From positions 2,341-66,340 of IMG/VR virus record IMGVR_UViG_2084038018_000013: a DNA stretch of 64,000 nucleotides. One strand, 5' to 3'. Position 1 is the first letter of the stretch. Each line of letters opens with the position of its first letter. This DNA comes from a virus. Shown here one piece after another: positions 48,235 to 57,631 of the stretch. The translations under genes were made by a program, and so were the position numbers. The notes below the pieces were generated by a model. That model searched no databases, had not been told where the DNA came from, and was given only the letters and a program-made list of their open reading frames with translations.

Positions 48235-48583
48235 CGCTGACCGCCTTATTGATACCCAGCTGCAGCAGGCGGTTCGTCTGCGTCAGCTCAAATTCTTTAT
48301 TAGCCAGCTGCAGGGCGAGCAGGTCAGCCCGCTCACGCTGCTGGCGCTCGCCATCTCTTGCCTGCAGCAGTGCCTGCTGTCCGGCCTGAGCCAGCTGCTG
48401 GCGTTCATCCGCACGGGCCTGTTTCTCTTTGGCCAGCGCCTTATCGCCGTCCGCCTTAGCGTCTTTATGCCCGGAGTCATAGCCGGTGCTGTGCAGCCAC
48501 CATCCCGCTCCGGCCAGCGCCGTGCAAAGCACGACGCCGGGTAAAAGGCGGGTTAAAAGCCATTTAGCTGCGCTATTCATCCT
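48110..48583 (-). CDS. i-spanin
   Basis: N-terminal TM then coiled coil. Confidence 0.75.
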   Translation of the reverse strand, partial: RMNSAAKWLLTRLLPGVVLCTALAGAGWWLHSTGYDSGHKDAKADGDKALAKEKQARADERQQLAQAGQQALLQARDGERQQRERADLLALQLANKEFELTQTNRLLQLGINKAVSDDNQTSGCGYNGLGPHSLQLYTKALGYAGGGNASAGDSSGQ

Positions 48584-48821
48584 TGCCTCCCGCAGGCCGG
48601 GCAACAGGCACCTTCAGCTTCTGGTGAACCTGCACGCCTGCATGTGTTACCCAGGCACCGAGATACAGGCCCAACGCAGCATCAGGTTGCCTGTCCATCA
48701 CCACGCAGATAAGCAGCGCCAGCGAGCTGACAACCAGTGCCACCATGGTGGCCGTATCGGTGGTGGACAATCGTCCCTGCGGATTAGTGATTAACTCAGC
48801 GAGACGGTTAAGGAGCGCCAT
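48573..48821 (-). CDS. Putative holin (DUF2644-like)
   Basis: ELITNPQGRLSTT plus two TM segments. Confidence 0.65.
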   Translation of the reverse strand: MALLNRLAELITNPQGRLSTTDTATMVALVVSSLALLICVVMDRQPDAALGLYLGAWVTHAGVQVHQKLKVPVARPAGGKDE

Positions 48822-48841
48822 CAGTACGATCCCCCGGAACA

Positions 48842-49240
48842 TCACGCGGCTTTAGCCGGATACTGTGCAAAGGGAAGCTGGAAGTGCGGGCCATCTTTCA
48901 GCGTTTTCCAGTCGCCACCCCACTCAACGGGGATGGAAAGCTCAACTGAAGCCTGTTTGAACGCCTGCGCAATCTGCTGATAGAGCGGCATATCCCACGA
49001 AATATCACTACCGGCATACGCCACCACGTCAACCGCATGCCCGGTAAGGTGGCGGCTGTTCATGGTCTGGCTGCTGCCTTGAGCGACCATCTGTTTCTGG
49101 CGTTCCTGAGAGCGGAGGCCTTCGGTGATACCAAAATCAACGGGAGACAGTTCCAGCGCACGGCGGGTCACTTTTACCAGGTCAGGGTGAACACCCTGCA
49201 GGCGGGACTCGCTGCGCTGACTGAAGCGGAAAGAAGACAT
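48842..49240 (-). CDS. Endolysin, M15 peptidase
   Basis: SRHLTGHAVD, WGGDW, DGPHFQL. Confidence 0.93.
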   Translation of the reverse strand: MSSFRFSQRSESRLQGVHPDLVKVTRRALELSPVDFGITEGLRSQERQKQMVAQGSSQTMNSRHLTGHAVDVVAYAGSDISWDMPLYQQIAQAFKQASVELSIPVEWGGDWKTLKDGPHFQLPFAQYPAKAA

Positions 49241-49317
49241 AAAAAAACCCTCACAAAGTTTGTGAGGGTTATTGTGATAGGTGGCGTAACTCAGGGCATG
49301 ATACGGGGGTGAAGCGG
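49241..49317 (-). promoter_or_regulatory. Lysis late promoter plus terminator/RBS hairpin
   Basis: CCGCTTCACCCCCGTA-N25-CACAAT; 10-bp stem 49246-49270 followed by T-run and ATG. Confidence 0.65.
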
Positions 49318-49324
49318 TGAGCCA

Positions 49325-49774
49325 TCAGAACAGCGCCCCCTGTGCCGGGGGAGAAACAGCCTGACGGCGGCTGGCCACAATGGCCCATGCACGGGTGTTA
49401 CCGATGCCGTATTTGGGGCCGAGTACCGTGAGAGCCATACGCAATGATTCGCCATCGGCCAGCATGCTGTCAACCTCGGCGAGAAAACAGCGGTTGCGCC
49501 ACTCGCGCAGGGCATCGGCACAGCGGGGGATCACCAGCGAGCTGTCACCGCCGAAACGCTTAACAAGCTGGCGGGTGTTCTCTTCGCCGATAACCTCCCG
49601 CAGCATGGCCAGACGGCGCTCGCCAGTGCCGCGCAGCCCACGACCAACCGGGAAACAGGCACCACCAAAGCGCTCAATCAGCCGCTGCGTGGCGGGGAAG
49701 CCAATCACATCGGCTATCTGGCGGGCGGTATCCGGCAGCAGCTCTTCAAGGGATTCAAGGTCAAACTCGCGCAT
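49325..49774 (-). CDS. mor: Mor/C-family transcription activator
   Basis: LPDTARQIADVIG...FGG...IPRC...RN; located just upstream of lysis. Confidence 0.85.
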   Translation of the reverse strand: MREFDLESLEELLPDTARQIADVIGFPATQRLIERFGGACFPVGRGLRGTGERRLAMLREVIGEENTRQLVKRFGGDSSLVIPRCADALREWRNRCFLAEVDSMLADGESLRMALTVLGPKYGIGNTRAWAIVASRRQAVSPPAQGALF

Positions 49775-49775
49775 A

Positions 49776-50171
49776 TCACAGCCTCCCGTGACGCTTTGCG
49801 TCAACAATCAGCATTTGCATCAGCTTACGTACCTGATCGTCATTCAGCCAATCAACCGGCTTTTTCTCGCCCAGCATGCGCTCCACCATACCATCCAGAT
49901 AACCCCACGGGCGGCCAGCCTCCGCCAGCATGGCCTCAATCTTGCCCAGCATGGCCTTACGGCCCGTTGCCACGCGGGGACGGCGACCACGGTAAGACGG
50001 CGCAAAGCCCTGAGTACGCATGTACAGCACCACTTTTTCAAGTTCGGCAGTGGTGCAGTCACGCGCCGAGCGTTTACCCGTCTGGCGGGCCAGTACATCG
50101 CGATAGGTTTCATCATCCCAGCCGAGGGAGGATTTGCCGGTGTGAACGATACGGATCAGATTTGCTTTCAT
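49776..50171 (-). CDS. gemA: GemA/gp16 family protein (DUF1018)
   Basis: IRIVHTGKSSLGWDDETYR..L...TGKRS. Confidence 0.88.
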   Translation of the reverse strand: MKANLIRIVHTGKSSLGWDDETYRDVLARQTGKRSARDCTTAELEKVVLYMRTQGFAPSYRGRRPRVATGRKAMLGKIEAMLAEAGRPWGYLDGMVERMLGEKKPVDWLNDDQVRKLMQMLIVDAKRHGRL

Positions 50172-50175
50172 ACGC

Positions 50176-50466
50176 TCACCGGGAAGTAACAGAATGATGG
50201 TGTGGATTCAGCTGGATTTCAGGCTCACCACACAGCGGAGCCGCTTTATTCGCGATATTAATAGCAGCCCGCATTTCGTTCTCAGCGCTTACCGCGTCCT
50301 TTACCAGCGCGATTAGTTCATCCGCATTGATTCTGGTCTCAGTAGACATTCGCGCTGCCAGCGCCCGATTCTCCAGCATTGCCAGCATATCCCTGCGACG
50401 GGTAGATGCATCCTCAAACTGTCTTTGATAAGCGATGTACTCGCCGAGTTTGGCATAGTTGGTCAT
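50176..50466 (-). CDS. Hypothetical protein
   Basis: 96-aa ORF with GGAG SD. Confidence 0.65.
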   Translation of the reverse strand: MTNYAKLGEYIAYQRQFEDASTRRRDMLAMLENRALAARMSTETRINADELIALVKDAVSAENEMRAAINIANKAAPLCGEPEIQLNPHHHSVTSR

Positions 50467-50493
50467 GGAAAATTCTCCGGGGATTTAAACGAA

Positions 50494-50519
50494 AAAGCCC
50501 CGCACAGGGCGGGGCTTTG
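50494..50519. terminator. Bidirectional terminator
   Basis: AAAGCCCCGC-ACAGG-GCGGGGCTTT. Confidence 0.75.
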
Positions 50520-50583
50520 GGCCAGTTTCAAATTGTGGCGAACAGTTTTAACGAATTAATTGGATCACAATTAATTAAAAAAA

Positions 50584-51108
50584 TCAATCTTTCTTAGGCG
50601 TTGTAGCAGGAAGTTCAATATTACATGCTTTTGTAAACTTATTAACTGCGACAGTGGAACCTGTTGCACTCAACTCAAAGCTCATTTTTTGGTCATTTAG
50701 CGAGGATTTTATGCCTACCAACAAGCGCCGTTTTGATTGCTTCAACTGGGCCAGCAACAATTTCAATTCATCGGAAGAATCTGCGGTTATTCCAAAATAG
50801 TTATTGTTTCGTATCGTTGTATGAGCTTTGAGCTTAATGGCTGAGTTCTCATCCACTTTGAATACCATATCAACAGGCATTCCCGGAGTAACTTTTTTGG
50901 TATCACCTTGCTCGATGTACGAAACTGAAAGTTCCTCCTTAGAGCAATCAAATGCAACTCCATTCATTTCGGTCTCAGCTCCAAACATCATTGCGTTATG
51001 GCTGTCACTAAAAGCGTCATCTTCAACTTTAGTGGCCCAGTCAGCAAAAGCAGAAGCGCTAACAAATAGTAATCCTGACAATGCAGTACTCAGCACTCTA
51101 TTTTTCAT
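50584..51108 (-). CDS. Secreted/periplasmic moron protein
   Basis: Signal peptide MKNRVLSTALSGLLFVSASAFA; AT-rich; own promoter. Confidence 0.75.
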   Translation of the reverse strand: MKNRVLSTALSGLLFVSASAFADWATKVEDDAFSDSHNAMMFGAETEMNGVAFDCSKEELSVSYIEQGDTKKVTPGMPVDMVFKVDENSAIKLKAHTTIRNNNYFGITADSSDELKLLLAQLKQSKRRLLVGIKSSLNDQKMSFELSATGSTVAVNKFTKACNIELPATTPKKD

Positions 51109-51146
51109 ATAATTTCCCTTGCATTTAAACTTTAACATCGGCCCTC

Positions 51147-51175
51147 ATTATCAACCTGAACGAAAGCTATATCAA
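51147..51175 (-). promoter_or_regulatory. sigma70 promoter of the moron
   Basis: TTGATA-17-GATAAT. Confidence 0.65.
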
Positions 51176-51244
51176 TTTCAATGGTGGATGTAGTAACAAA
51201 AGAGGCCCCAGCATTGCTGCCGGGGCCTCTGCAGCATGTAAGAC

Positions 51245-51580
51245 TTATTTAGCGACTACGTCGATACCAAACCAGACAGGAACTAATATTTTCACCAGCT
51301 CCAGAGCTTCCTCAACCCGATCAGGTGGAACAACCAGTATACCTACGTTGTGTTGAGTATCCTGATAGCTCCAGCCATTACTCCGTACTAGGTAACGCAG
51401 AATACTATACCAGCGGATGCCGCACTGAAGTGTGAGGCGAACAGCCATAATTAGGTCATGACGCTCAGTTGTGTCAGCGAACGCTGCTGATACCAGTTTC
51501 CCGCCCAATATATCGGTAGCCGCGCTGACAGCAGGCTCATGACCATCAGGATAATCGACGACAAAAGTCATTTTCCCCAT
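51245..51580 (-). CDS. Hypothetical early protein
   Basis: ORF packed in the early operon. Confidence 0.6.
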   Translation of the reverse strand: MGKMTFVVDYPDGHEPAVSAATDILGGKLVSAAFADTTERHDLIMAVRLTLQCGIRWYSILRYLVRSNGWSYQDTQHNVGILVVPPDRVEEALELVKILVPVWFGIDVVAK

Positions 51581-51863
51581 GATTGTTCTCTTTTGCGGAT
51601 ACCGCTTTGCTGCCGTTGGTCATTGTTGCTGTAGGTGGTAAAGCCCCTTGTTTGTTCAGAGCCATCAGGAGATCAAACTGTGAACGTACTGCGATAATTA
51701 GCAAGTAACGAACCACATTTGCAAAAGGTGTTGTGCTATCGTCGTGTAACAATTCTTCAACACTGTTACCACCAGTGTTACTGAACAGAGGAAAGTATTG
51801 CGGCATCCAGTCTGGTACGACGTATATTCTTTTTGCAGATAACTTACTCATTTGCATCCCCAT
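51546..51863 (-). CDS. Hypothetical early protein
   Basis: ORF packed in the early operon. Confidence 0.55.
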   Translation of the reverse strand: MGMQMSKLSAKRIYVVPDWMPQYFPLFSNTGGNSVEELLHDDSTTPFANVVRYLLIIAVRSQFDLLMALNKQGALPPTATMTNGSKAVSAKENNHGENDFCRRLS

Positions 51864-52066
51864 TTCTTTTTGTGACGCTCAACAGCAGTTTTCATTTCCG
51901 ACTGAAGAGATTTTTTGTATACCCGATGATTCATATTGTCCCAAAACTGCCAGCGAGATGATGCAGGTAGCGATGGACGCTCAACTACTGTGCTGCCATC
52001 GCTAAGGTGGTATTCATGGCGCCTTCCTGGCTGCAGGTACAACGCCCCGGTAACATTGAGCATCAT
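51848..52066 (-). CDS. Hypothetical early protein
   Basis: ATGA overlap with the upstream gene. Confidence 0.6.
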   Translation of the reverse strand: MMLNVTGALYLQPGRRHEYHLSDGSTVVERPSLPASSRWQFWDNMNHRVYKKSLQSEMKTAVERHKKKWGCK

Positions 52067-52782
52067 GACCTCCCGATAGCCAGCGGCTGTTTGTCATCTT
52101 GACCGGCAACACCGTGATGCAGGCGGGCACTTTGCCCCGCGAGATACCCGGCCCCAACGGCATCGTCCGAACCTCGACAGGACTTAGCTGATCGGGCTTC
52201 ACCTTCGCAAAGCCCTTTCTCTGCATGGAGTTTTTTGGTGTAGCGCTCCAGCATGCCCTTTTCTTCTGGCGATATTCCGAAAGAGGTAATTATCCCGGAT
52301 GCGCCACCGACCCAACCCTCACAGAACTGGTCACCACGCGCAATTCGGGTCGCAGGTTTACAGCGTTTACAGTGTCTGGTTTGATATTCCTTGCGGGCCA
52401 GTTTCATCTGGCGGGAGAGTACATCGAAGGCATATGCCGCAATCTCAGCACGCTGGCCGGGGCCATAAAAACGCACAAACCTTTTCAGGCTGCCGGTGCT
52501 GCGCCATGAGCCAGAGAAATAGCATTCAACACCAAAGGCCCGGCAGATCATATTGGCTAGATGGTGCATATACGCAGGGGACTTGGCTGCATCACTCGGT
52601 GCGCCTGCGCTGTCCGCAGTGTTGATTGTGGCAAATTCCACATCACTCTCACTCAGGCCATACTCGCGCATAAAGGCCTGGGCTTTTGCCATGGCGTTAG
52701 CCGCTTCTTCCGGGCTGGATGTTCCTTTAGCCAGACGTAGAAGCTTTTTGATTTTTGCCAGATATTTAGCTTTATCACTCAT
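52063..52782 (-). CDS. DUF2786-containing protein
   Basis: KYLAKIKKLLRLA...EEAANAMAKAQAFMREY. Confidence 0.8.
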   Translation of the reverse strand: MSDKAKYLAKIKKLLRLAKGTSSPEEAANAMAKAQAFMREYGLSESDVEFATINTADSAGAPSDAAKSPAYMHHLANMICRAFGVECYFSGSWRSTGSLKRFVRFYGPGQRAEIAAYAFDVLSRQMKLARKEYQTRHCKRCKPATRIARGDQFCEGWVGGASGIITSFGISPEEKGMLERYTKKLHAEKGLCEGEARSAKSCRGSDDAVGAGYLAGQSARLHHGVAGQDDKQPLAIGRS

Positions 52783-53029
52783 CGTTATTGCCCCACGTTT
52801 TCAGACTCTCACCGCAGAATGGACAGAAGACAATCGCAACACCCCGGCCTACATATTGCCCAGAGTGAAGCTGGGCAATATCGGTTCCCGGCTCACCGGT
52901 ATTTATATTGACTCTTTCAGGAATAAACAGACCTTTGCTTTTAGATGTGGGATTTCCGTATTCAGTGGCATTAGCCAGTAAACAGCAACTGGTAATCTGA
53001 TTAGCGTGAACTCTGCATTTGCTGGTCAT
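52775..53029 (-). CDS. Hypothetical Cys-rich protein
   Basis: FCPFCG motif. Confidence 0.6.
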   Translation of the reverse strand: MTSKCRVHANQITSCCLLANATEYGNPTSKSKGLFIPERVNINTGEPGTDIAQLHSGQYVGRGVAIVFCPFCGESLKTWGNNDE

Positions 53030-53117
53030 ATTTCCTCCAAACCAGGCGTAAAACCGCCCCTGACGATTTACGCCATAATTAAACGATGGTTTATTTCGGT
53101 TTAAATCGTTTTTAAAT

Positions 53118-53309
53118 TCAGCCCGCTGGCGTTAACGATTCGGTCTTAACAAAAAACGGTTCACGGTCTATTTCCACAATGGTTCCACAATTAAAGTCCC
53201 GCGCTTCGGCGACGGTTCTGGCAGGATAGCCGCCACGCAAAACCTTGCAGGGCTGGTAGATAAAATGGCTACCGACAGCATAAGTCTGATTAAACGCTTT
53301 AGCTTTCAT
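53118..53309 (-). CDS. Hypothetical early protein
   Basis: 63-aa ORF overlapping the upstream gene. Confidence 0.6.
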   Translation of the reverse strand: MKAKAFNQTYAVGSHFIYQPCKVLRGGYPARTVAEARDFNCGTIVEIDREPFFVKTESLTPAG

Positions 53310-53523
53310 TCACCCCGCCCCAGCCGCGTGCAGCAGCATTAGAACAGTAAGCGATACGAGTCTCAGCCCACTGGCGGCAGCGGCTGTTACGTGCGTGGGT
53401 CAGGGCAGATTGCCACAGTTCGGCAGCTTTACCCCATTCGCCATTGCGCTCTGCGCGGCCCGCACCTACGGCATACAACCCATAGTTATTACGCGCAGCA
53501 TTCTCAGCTTTCATATTCATCAT
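53299..53523 (-). CDS. Small TPR-like protein (ANR-family annotation type)
   Basis: AERNGEWGKAAELW..A...WAETRIAYC. Confidence 0.6.
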   Translation of the reverse strand: MMNMKAENAARNNYGLYAVGAGRAERNGEWGKAAELWQSALTHARNSRCRQWAETRIAYCSNAAARGWGGVNES

Positions 53524-54167
53524 CAGACCCCGGCAATATCAAGAGCGATTGGACGGTATTGCGCAGAATCGCCAATGCGCTCATAGACACGAATATAGGA
53601 AGAGGTGCCGACCAACTGCAGAGCCTCACCAATGATGAGCATCGCTTTCTGCCAGCGTTCATCATTAATGTCGAGTTTTCGCAGTTTTAATACCTCAGCT
53701 ACCCTGATTAAACCGGTTTTATCAACCCGGAAAGCATCATTGATTAATGCGCGAATTTCGGGGCGGGCATCCTCCGTCCAGTCTGAGAGGCAAGCATCAA
53801 TCAGTTCTTTAGCAGCCTGAATACGCTCATCAAACGACATACGATCACTCATGGCCCGCTGCACTTTGTAGCGGCTGTCGTAGGTGTACAACGTTACATT
53901 GCCTTTTTTACCGCCCACCGAAACACCATATTCATTAGCAGAGAGGTCAACAAACGCGGCTATATCGCCGAATCCTGAGAGCTTAAATTCCGCAAGTGCT
54001 TTATTAAGTGCGATAGCTTTCTCAACAATCTCACCAACCAGCTGGTCGCGGGCCTTGTCGATAGGCTTAATCAAGTGTTCGGGCGTTAATACGCCTTTGG
54101 CATCAATCCAGTACCCTGCCGGTGCTTCGGATTCAGTAAATTGTACGGTGGTGGATTCAGTGGACAT
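53523..54167 (-). CDS. DUF3164 family protein (Gam position)
   Basis: YGVSVGGKKGNVTL, FDERIQAAKELIDACL. Confidence 0.82.
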   Translation of the reverse strand: MSTESTTVQFTESEAPAGYWIDAKGVLTPEHLIKPIDKARDQLVGEIVEKAIALNKALAEFKLSGFGDIAAFVDLSANEYGVSVGGKKGNVTLYTYDSRYKVQRAMSDRMSFDERIQAAKELIDACLSDWTEDARPEIRALINDAFRVDKTGLIRVAEVLKLRKLDINDERWQKAMLIIGEALQLVGTSSYIRVYERIGDSAQYRPIALDIAGV

Positions 54168-54381
54168 TCTTATTTTCTCCGTCGATAGGTTGAATTACTT
54201 TGGTTTCGCAAACAGTTGGCCCGCTATGCTTAAAACCTTCTTTTGATTCCAGTGCAGCAATAATTGACTGGTGAAGGAATGCAGCATGAGCAGCCTCCAT
54301 TTCGGTGCATGGGCCTCCGGCTTTAATGTCGGTAGACACGCCATTGGCGTCTTGCTGAATAATGATTTGCATTACAACTGC
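54157..54381 (-). CDS. Hypothetical early protein
   Basis: MAVVMQIII..., with SD. Confidence 0.55.
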   Translation of the reverse strand, partial: AVVMQIIIQQDANGVSTDIKAGGPCTEMEAAHAAFLHQSIIAALESKEGFKHSGPTVCETKVIQPIDGENKNVH

Positions 54382-54386
54382 CATAA

Positions 54387-54611
54387 TTACCTCCAGATAA
54401 CGGTACAACCGTCGATATTTGATGTGCGGGTGGTTTTAATCACGCCGCCCAATTTTTCGGCCACTTCCACTACTGGCCAAAGAGGGCCGCTAAGCGGTGC
54501 AATAGCGTAGACAATGGGTAATTTAGGGTGCCAGCCTGTGACACGTCCGCCGTGAGTCTGAATTTCCATTTTGGCGCGTGAGCGGTGGCAGTTAAGAACT
54601 TGTTTATCCAT
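54387..54611 (-). CDS. Hypothetical early protein
   Basis: Follows the B gene. Confidence 0.6.
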   Translation of the reverse strand: MDKQVLNCHRSRAKMEIQTHGGRVTGWHPKLPIVYAIAPLSGPLWPVVEVAEKLGGVIKTTRTSNIDGCTVIWR

Positions 54612-54625
54612 GACTTGTTACTCCC

Positions 54626-55546
54626 TCAGTGAATTAACAGCTGCGCGTAAGTTTCAATTAACTTGACGCTGATACCCTGATTACCGATAGCACTGGCGCG
54701 AACGACACCTCGGGCAAGCTTAAACATGCGGCGGTAATTACCCTTTGAATATTTGAGAAATGCCTCTGCAACGCCCGGCGCGGAGATAACGTCACCATTG
54801 CCTTCATCCGGCAGCAGGCTGGCGAGGATGGTATTGAAGTCCTCAACCTCGGACTTGCTCTTGTGGGCCTCAAGGTCTAACGCCATGCCCACGCGGCTGT
54901 AGAGCTGCGCAAACTCACCGCGAGACCCCTTGAGGTTAATCAGCAGACGTGGCATGCCTGCCAGCACGATGGCGACGCCAGAACGGTCGTGGATGCGGCG
55001 CAGTACCTCCAGTGCGCGATAAGGCAGCAGCTCGGCTTCATCCACCAGAACAACCCAGCCGGTGCCCGTCAGCGCCTGTATACACTCTTCGCTTAACTCA
55101 TGAATATTGCCGGTCTTTTTCACGCCGAGGCGGGCGCACAGCTCCTGCAACAGCACTTTGGCGGTGTAGCCGGGGTCAGCCTCAATCAGGATCGCGCCCT
55201 TGTTTGTCTCTACATAGCGCTTCAGCATCATGCTTTTGCCCATGCCTGCCGGGCCGTGGATCACGCCGATATCACCATCCATATGGGTGTTGCTGATTAA
55301 CCCCAGTCCCAGCCCGGAAAGCGTGGTCTGAACAAAGGATTCTTTAACTTCACGGCGGCGGGCACGTTCTTCTTCGCGGCTGATAAAGTCAGCGATGGCC
55401 GACTCGACGTTACTGATATTGCCGTTATAGACGCCTTTCAGATACTGAGAAATAACTGCAGTACTCAGCCCCGTTTTAGTAGCTACCTTTTTTTGGGTGT
55501 AGCCAGTCCCCTCCAGCAAGTGGATTAATTTATCTTTGATATTCAT
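54626..55546 (-). CDS. MuB-like transposition AAA+ ATPase
   Basis: N-terminal HTH, GPAGMGKS, VLVDEAE, LAGMPRL. Confidence 0.93.
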   Translation of the reverse strand: MNIKDKLIHLLEGTGYTQKKVATKTGLSTAVISQYLKGVYNGNISNVESAIADFISREEERARRREVKESFVQTTLSGLGLGLISNTHMDGDIGVIHGPAGMGKSMMLKRYVETNKGAILIEADPGYTAKVLLQELCARLGVKKTGNIHELSEECIQALTGTGWVVLVDEAELLPYRALEVLRRIHDRSGVAIVLAGMPRLLINLKGSRGEFAQLYSRVGMALDLEAHKSKSEVEDFNTILASLLPDEGNGDVISAPGVAEAFLKYSKGNYRRMFKLARGVVRASAIGNQGISVKLIETYAQLLIH

Positions 55547-55556
55547 TTAAATAACC

Positions 55557-57629
55557 TTATTGGTGATTACTGGCTTTCTTTAAATCGCTTTCAAATTCCG
55601 ATTCGAATAAATAAACCTTTTCGGGTTCGTTATTATTTCGTACTGGCGCGAACATCGTAACGTCAATCTCCGGTCGCTGTTCAAGCGCAGGCCGCAGCTC
55701 TTCCTGCTTGCGACGCACCTTGTCTTCCAGATTCTTGACGCTGCGTTTAACGCGCTTCTCTTTAAGCTGCTCGATACGGGCTTTCGGGAAGGCATCGACC
55801 TTATTGCCATTCCAGATGGCGTCACATATCCAGGAGCCGTCCATACGGCGCACAATAACGCTGTGGGGGTCGTGTATATCAAAGCAGACCCGGACTTCTT
55901 CGCCTTCGACGCAGGCCAGTTCTGTGCTGAAATAGATATTCTTGAATAGCTGTATTTCGCCGCGTCTGGCTGTACAAATCTGTTCTGGCCGGAACATTTC
56001 ATGAAGTTCCGAGCTGGTCAGGAACTGAATTTCTTCCTGCTCCTGCTTAATAACGTGATTGCGGTAGGCCAGCGGTGACCAGTGCTGCCCGCTGTCGCGC
56101 TCAGGCAGGCTACGGTGCGGGCGATTATTATGCCGCTCTATCTGACTCTCAATCTCAGCGACCAGTTGCTCCATCGTCGGCACTTTGCGCATGGCCGTGG
56201 CCTGCACCTCATTTAGCGAGCGGCCTTTATCCAGCGCATTGACCGCTGAATCCACCGCCTTGCGGTACTTACGTTGCGCCTCCCGGTCACCAGATTTACC
56301 CACCCAGGAACCAAAGGCCATCGCGGCACGCTTCGGTATTTCCTGGTTAAGACGTTCGATAATACCGCGCCCCTGTGGATTACCCGGAATACCGGTGGGG
56401 TGCTCAATACCGAGGCGGGAGAAAATACCGGTAATATCGGCATCAAATACGGCGTTTTTCTCACCGCCACCGTTATCGGAGTAATACATCAGCGGTACGC
56501 CGTAGCGTGATACCGCGTTACGGATGGCATCGCCTACGGCGACCTGGCTCTCGGACATGGCCAGACTCCAGCCGACCACCACGCGGGTGCGGGCGTCGAT
56601 CACCAGCGTAATCTCAGGCCGGAACGGCTTGCCCGTCTCAGGGTTAATCACTTCCATCTTCATGCCGTGGCCATCGCCGACCCACACGCCGTTAACCGGG
56701 ATAACAGACCAGTCGCGGCGCACGAACGGCAGGTACTTCTTGTAATCGGAGCCGGTTGCACGTCCGCGCTCGCGCTCGGCAACAGGCAGCTTGTCCAGCG
56801 CATAACGCACTGTGTCAACTTTGGGTAGCATGGATAACATGATCTCGTTGTCCCCGTATTGCTCAATCCACCACTTAGCAAACTTCTCGTATGCCATCAT
56901 GACGGTGGGTTTATTGGTATCGCGCCAGAAGCGCATAAAGTCCGGCATCCATGAATACTGGAATACTTCTTTTTTGCTGACCTTACCCGGTGCCAGCAGC
57001 GCCATGCGCTCACCTACTGTATCCGCAGCCATCCAGGCTGACAGCCAGCGCTGAAGCGTTGGCACGCTGACCCCGGCGCGGGTGGCACCCTTTCGGGCGT
57101 TGGCGATATCTGCGGCCCGCTGTACATAATCCGGCAGCGTCCCGGCGACAGAAGCGTCGGCAATAAACTCGACCGCCTGCTTGCGCTTCATGCTGAGACC
57201 GCCATTCTCGCTGCTGTCCATAAGGCGCAACACCTCCTGAACCAGCACCATCCGTGCATCTCCGACTGCTTTCTGGCTGTCGGTCAGTTCGCGCAGCTTC
57301 TTCTCCTGCAGGGCCGGGCATTTACGGTACAGCGCCAGCTCACGCTGCACTTTCTCGCCACCGGCTCCCGTGACCAGCTCACCTGCGGTGGTAGCCCTGG
57401 CCGGAAGGGAAGCGGACTGCGCCAGCAGCTGACGCGCTAAACGGGCCTGAACAGCTTCGCGGGCGGCGTCCGGCAGGCAATCAACGTGGTACTCGAAGGC
57501 TTTAGTGCCTTCACGCTTTCGCACAAAATCAGGATGGCCACTGGATAACCGAAACAGTGCTTCCCGTACCCCTTTGGTTGTTGCGGGAAGTCCGGGGATG
57601 CCCACTAACTCTTTAGCAACAACAAACAT
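55557..57629 (-). CDS. MuA-like DDE transposase
   Basis: WVGDGH, YSDNG, GRGIIER; N-terminal Mu DNA-binding domain. Confidence 0.95.
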   Translation of the reverse strand: MFVVAKELVGIPGLPATTKGVREALFRLSSGHPDFVRKREGTKAFEYHVDCLPDAAREAVQARLARQLLAQSASLPARATTAGELVTGAGGEKVQRELALYRKCPALQEKKLRELTDSQKAVGDARMVLVQEVLRLMDSSENGGLSMKRKQAVEFIADASVAGTLPDYVQRAADIANARKGATRAGVSVPTLQRWLSAWMAADTVGERMALLAPGKVSKKEVFQYSWMPDFMRFWRDTNKPTVMMAYEKFAKWWIEQYGDNEIMLSMLPKVDTVRYALDKLPVAERERGRATGSDYKKYLPFVRRDWSVIPVNGVWVGDGHGMKMEVINPETGKPFRPEITLVIDARTRVVVGWSLAMSESQVAVGDAIRNAVSRYGVPLMYYSDNGGGEKNAVFDADITGIFSRLGIEHPTGIPGNPQGRGIIERLNQEIPKRAAMAFGSWVGKSGDREAQRKYRKAVDSAVNALDKGRSLNEVQATAMRKVPTMEQLVAEIESQIERHNNRPHRSLPERDSGQHWSPLAYRNHVIKQEQEEIQFLTSSELHEMFRPEQICTARRGEIQLFKNIYFSTELACVEGEEVRVCFDIHDPHSVIVRRMDGSWICDAIWNGNKVDAFPKARIEQLKEKRVKRSVKNLEDKVRRKQEELRPALEQRPEIDVTMFAPVRNNNEPEKVYLFESEFESDLKKASNHQ

Positions 57630-57631
57630 GG

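Noticed and set aside
53523-54167. Mu Gam orthologue
   Set aside because: It occupies the Gam position but its motifs are DUF3164-like; a Gam function is not supported
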